Source: a virus (lineage: Duplodnaviria; Caudoviricetes). From it: a DNA stretch of 30,560 bases. Positions 28,204-30,560 of this stretch are shown here, piece after piece (the stretch's first letter is position 1; each line of letters begins with the position of its first letter). The notes under the pieces are model-generated. The model saw only the letters and a program-made list of their open reading frames with translations. It was not told the DNA's origin and made no database searches. Position numbers and translations under genes: made by a program. The stretch spans positions 1-30,560 of IMG/VR virus record IMGVR_UViG_3300008255_000344, one strand, 5' to 3'.

Positions 28204-28520
28204 TCTTCTTCACTTTTGTGTTGGCCCATGGTGTTCCACTTGTAGTCCATACGACTCTTGCTTCTGCCCTTACCCATGTTGCGACCGTTGTAAGTCGGAA
28301 GCAAGCCGTCGCAGTTTCTACAGACCATGCGAACATTGCTCGGAACATGGTTATCGCTATCGCCATCAATATGGTCCAAAACAAGAGGAACCGGTTCGTC
28401 GCGCCATTCTTCGATCCCTCAAATCTCACAAAGATAACCTTTGGTCTTGATCAGAAACTTTCGCGTTCCATGCGAGGTGATTGGCAGAGTGCCCTTTTCT
28501 ATCTCATCATAACCTCATCT
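28137..28520 (-). pseudogene. HNH endonuclease remnant
   Basis: GYLCEI*GIEEWRDEPVPLVLDHIDGDSDNHVPSNVRMVCRNCDGLLPTYNGRN; TGA at 28419-28421 replaces the second Cys of CxxC; no clean start. Confidence 0.8.
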
Positions 28521-28628
28521 CATGGAGACGTGATGGTTGCCGAGGCCCTCTTTGCCCATGGTCTGGGCTCTGCGCGGCAGGATCGCCAGGCGCTCATCGG
28601 TAAGATCCTGGCTGGTCACACGCAGGAG

Positions 28629-28634
28629 TAGATA
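28629..28634 (+). promoter_or_regulatory. TAGATA motif
   Basis: 29 nt upstream of the ATG at 28664. Confidence 0.6.
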
Positions 28635-28663
28635 CAGCAGACACTTCTGAAGGGAGAACCCCG

Positions 28664-29416
28664 ATGAGAGAACACCTGCCTTCCGGCTGCGCCCTGGTCA
28701 AAGTCCTGGAGCTTGAGGTCCTGGAGACCATTGTGAAGGAGGTCCTGTCCAGGTCGATGCCCATCGTGACGATGGCCGCAGACGACCCGCTGGATCTTCA
28801 TGACCAGATCGCCGCCGAGGTCTCCCAGCTCTGGGAGAATCTTGACCCAGGCCAGATCGCCTACATCCTCAAACAGTCAGCCGAGGGAGAGTGGCAGGAT
28901 CCCGAGACGTTGGAGTACTTCTATGGGCTGTCTGTGGAAGAGATCGTTCTTGACTGCGTCGACGGCTTCCTCATGGATACGGTCGAGGACATCATGCAGG
29001 AGTGCATGGGTCCAGGTGAGGACTGTGGCTACTTCATCAGCATCCGCACCTTCGATGACGAAGTCCAGGAAGAGCAACTGCGCGAGATGCAGGCCGACAT
29101 GGAAGCACCCGCAGCCAGCTTCAACTACTTCGTACCCGAGGATGACGAAGACGACGAGCCAGAAGAGGTCGAGGTCACGAAAATGCTCAGCGACAGCTCC
29201 TGGTTCCAGAGGGGCCTGATCAAGGGCTACGTGATGGAGGTGACCGGCGAGAATGCCGCGATCTACCTGGAAGACAACGGCCAGGAGAAGCTCGTCATCC
29301 CGAAGATCCTCCAGCTCCTCCACAAGGCGAAGAAGGCGACCCCAGGCAAGTGGTACGAACACAAGCCCGGCTGGAGGTACCGCCTCGCCAAGGAGCCTGT
29401 TGCGGATACCGTCTGA
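28664..29416 (+). CDS. Acidic hypothetical protein (250 aa)
   Basis: GGGAG RBS, coding-like bias, TAGATA upstream. Confidence 0.75.
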   Translation: MREHLPSGCALVKVLELEVLETIVKEVLSRSMPIVTMAADDPLDLHDQIAAEVSQLWENLDPGQIAYILKQSAEGEWQDPETLEYFYGLSVEEIVLDCVDGFLMDTVEDIMQECMGPGEDCGYFISIRTFDDEVQEEQLREMQADMEAPAASFNYFVPEDDEDDEPEEVEVTKMLSDSSWFQRGLIKGYVMEVTGENAAIYLEDNGQEKLVIPKILQLLHKAKKATPGKWYEHKPGWRYRLAKEPVADTV

Positions 29417-29484
29417 TCTGGTTGCAGATAGTTGCGAATTCGGTTGGATATTCTTGGATATCTCCGACACCATGAATAATGCCA

Positions 29485-29964
29485 TCAGGGGAATACGATC
29501 GCTTCCAGCTTCTTGAAGGACTGGTGGAGATCAGCTTGGGGAACAAAGTACGCCGGTGGTCGCCCGTTTGGGGCCCTCCTGTACTTGCGTTGCGCCGCTT
29601 CCTCTCCGGTCATCCATCCTCCGAAGCGAAAGGTGCTCGGCCTCTCAAAGAGCATGAGGACGAAGACATCATCGTCAGCGTCGTTCTCGCGCACGATCAA
29701 GCTCCCATGGCCCAGACTTGTGGACCTGACCTGGAGAGCACCTACGTCGGGGAGCTTGAACGTATTGACGTCGCCGCACCAGTAGATGTTCAGCATCTTG
29801 GCGAGCGCCATCTCTGCTGCGGCACCCATCACGTCAATGTCCCAGGCCCCACCCCCGTCAAATCCGTGTGCATCCTTCAGCGAGGACTTCAGGGTCTCGA
29901 CTCGTCTTCTGCAACCGATGAAGGCGGCTACTTGCAGTTCGTAGGGGTCCAGGGTTGTCTTCAT
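29485..29964 (-). CDS. Phage protein, possible PD-(D/E)xK nuclease-like fold (159 aa)
   Basis: GAAAEMALAK...PDVGALQVRS...GWMTG...YFVPQ; AAGGA RBS. Confidence 0.65.
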   Translation of the reverse strand: MKTTLDPYELQVAAFIGCRRRVETLKSSLKDAHGFDGGGAWDIDVMGAAAEMALAKMLNIYWCGDVNTFKLPDVGALQVRSTSLGHGSLIVRENDADDDVFVLMLFERPSTFRFGGWMTGEEAAQRKYRRAPNGRPPAYFVPQADLHQSFKKLEAIVFP

Positions 29965-29996
29965 GAGGAGATCCTTGATGGTTCCTTATAGTAGCA

Positions 29997-30084
29997 TGGA
30001 GGCACGGGTGGGATTTGAACCCACGACGGCTTGCGCCAACGGTTTTGCAGACCGCTCCATTAGACCGGGCTCTGGCACCGTGCC
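29997..30084 (-). tRNA. tRNA-Cys(GCA) with long variable arm
   Basis: GGCACGG/CCGTGCC acceptor stem, U73-CCA, loop CT-GCA-AA, 14-nt variable region; 88 nt. Confidence 0.88.
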
Positions 30085-30092
30085 ATGAAAGA

Positions 30093-30169
30093 TGGTGCGA
30101 GTGGCGGGAATTGAACCCGCGGCCTCCTGCTTGGCAAGCAGGCGCTCTGGCCGACTGAGCTACACTCGC
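30093..30169 (-). tRNA. tRNA-Gly(GCC)
   Basis: GCGAGTG/CACTCGC acceptor stem, loop TT-GCC-AA, encoded CCA; 77 nt. Confidence 0.93.
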
Positions 30170-30176
30170 ATGAAAG

Positions 30177-30404
30177 CTATGCGTTGCCTGTATGGCAAGC
30201 CGAGAAGCGCATGTCATCTGCGATCTCGACCGACTGACCAGGGGCGATGGTGCCCTGGCGTCGAATGTCTCCCGGACCCTTCCAGTCGTAGGTGATCGTG
30301 ATGAGGGCCTTGGTACCCTCCCCGTAGGCGTGCTCGACGATCTCGTCGTAGGTGATCTCCCGCTTCTCGCGGTAGTACTCCCTGCCATTGATGGTGATCT
30401 TCAT
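30177..30404 (-). CDS. Stand-alone multi-ubiquitin-family (beta-grasp) domain protein (75 aa)
   Basis: GGAG RBS; ITINGRE...ITYDEIVEHA...TITY...QGTIAPGQSVEIADDMRFSACHTGNA matches the Multi_ubiq pattern. Confidence 0.75.
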   Translation of the reverse strand: MKITINGREYYREKREITYDEIVEHAYGEGTKALITITYDWKGPGDIRRQGTIAPGQSVEIADDMRFSACHTGNA

Positions 30405-30459
30405 CGGAAAGACTCCAAGTTTAGTCGCGACTTCGATTTGAAGGTCGCACTTCAACCTA

Positions 30460-30545
30460 TGGTGCGGGCGGAGGGACTCGAACCCACACGTCTCAGAGAC
30501 AGGAGGGTTTAGGCCTCCCACGGCTGCCAGTTTCGCCACACCCGC
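30460..30545 (-). tRNA. tRNA-Leu(TAA), with non-canonical positions
   Basis: GCGGGTG/CGCCCGC acceptor stem, A73-CCA, long variable arm, loop CC-TAA-AC (C33), one T-T mismatch in the T stem. Confidence 0.8.
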
Positions 30546-30560
30546 AGAGTGCACAAGCTA

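Noticed and set aside
24444-28421. TGA recoding to Trp or selenocysteine
   Set aside because: TGA is the commonest true stop here, often in ATGA/TGATG overlaps. The two internal TGAs replace different expected residues (Trp, Cys), and no Sec or UCA tRNA is in the window.
28533-28631. 32-aa plus-strand ORF (MVAEALFAHG...HTQE) with GGAG upstream
   Set aside because: Too short and without recognisable motifs; it could be a gene remnant, so it was not called.
30405-30554. N-terminal extension of the 125-aa track ORF
   Set aside because: It overlaps tRNA-Leu; the RBS supports the ATG at 30404.
1-30560. Genome-wide TAG reassignment (code 15)
   Set aside because: Long genes contain no internal TAG, and several genes end plausibly at TAG (10073, 20617, 22803, 30177). 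Only two in-frame cases were seen.

Overview
A ~60% GC segment of a large (jumbo-type) tailed phage with a contractile tail, read in the standard bacterial code. The left ~10 kb (minus strand) is an intact baseplate/tail block, including a 2550-aa Kelch-containing wedge protein and a gp6/J-like wedge protein. It is preceded by a GT2 glycosyltransferase-methyltransferase fusion carrying a 355-aa LAGLIDADG intein. The rest is an accessory region: NAD-dependent DNA ligase, metallophosphoesterase, MazG-like, PCD-like, AAA-CYTH, TylF-like methyltransferase, HNH remnant, a ubiquitin-like protein and four tRNAs. The main observation is a compact cassette at 27476-28203: a basic 99-aa ORF, an in-frame TAG, a Pth2-like domain with no start codon of its own, then an amber (CUA) suppressor tRNA 35 nt after the stop. 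Other observations are a TAGATA motif upstream of six genes, a paralogous ORF pair sharing an N-terminal strand (possible donor-strand fibre plus anchor), a long-variable-arm tRNA-Cys, and about ten reading-frame lesions confined to accessory genes. All family calls come from motif recognition by eye, not from database searches.
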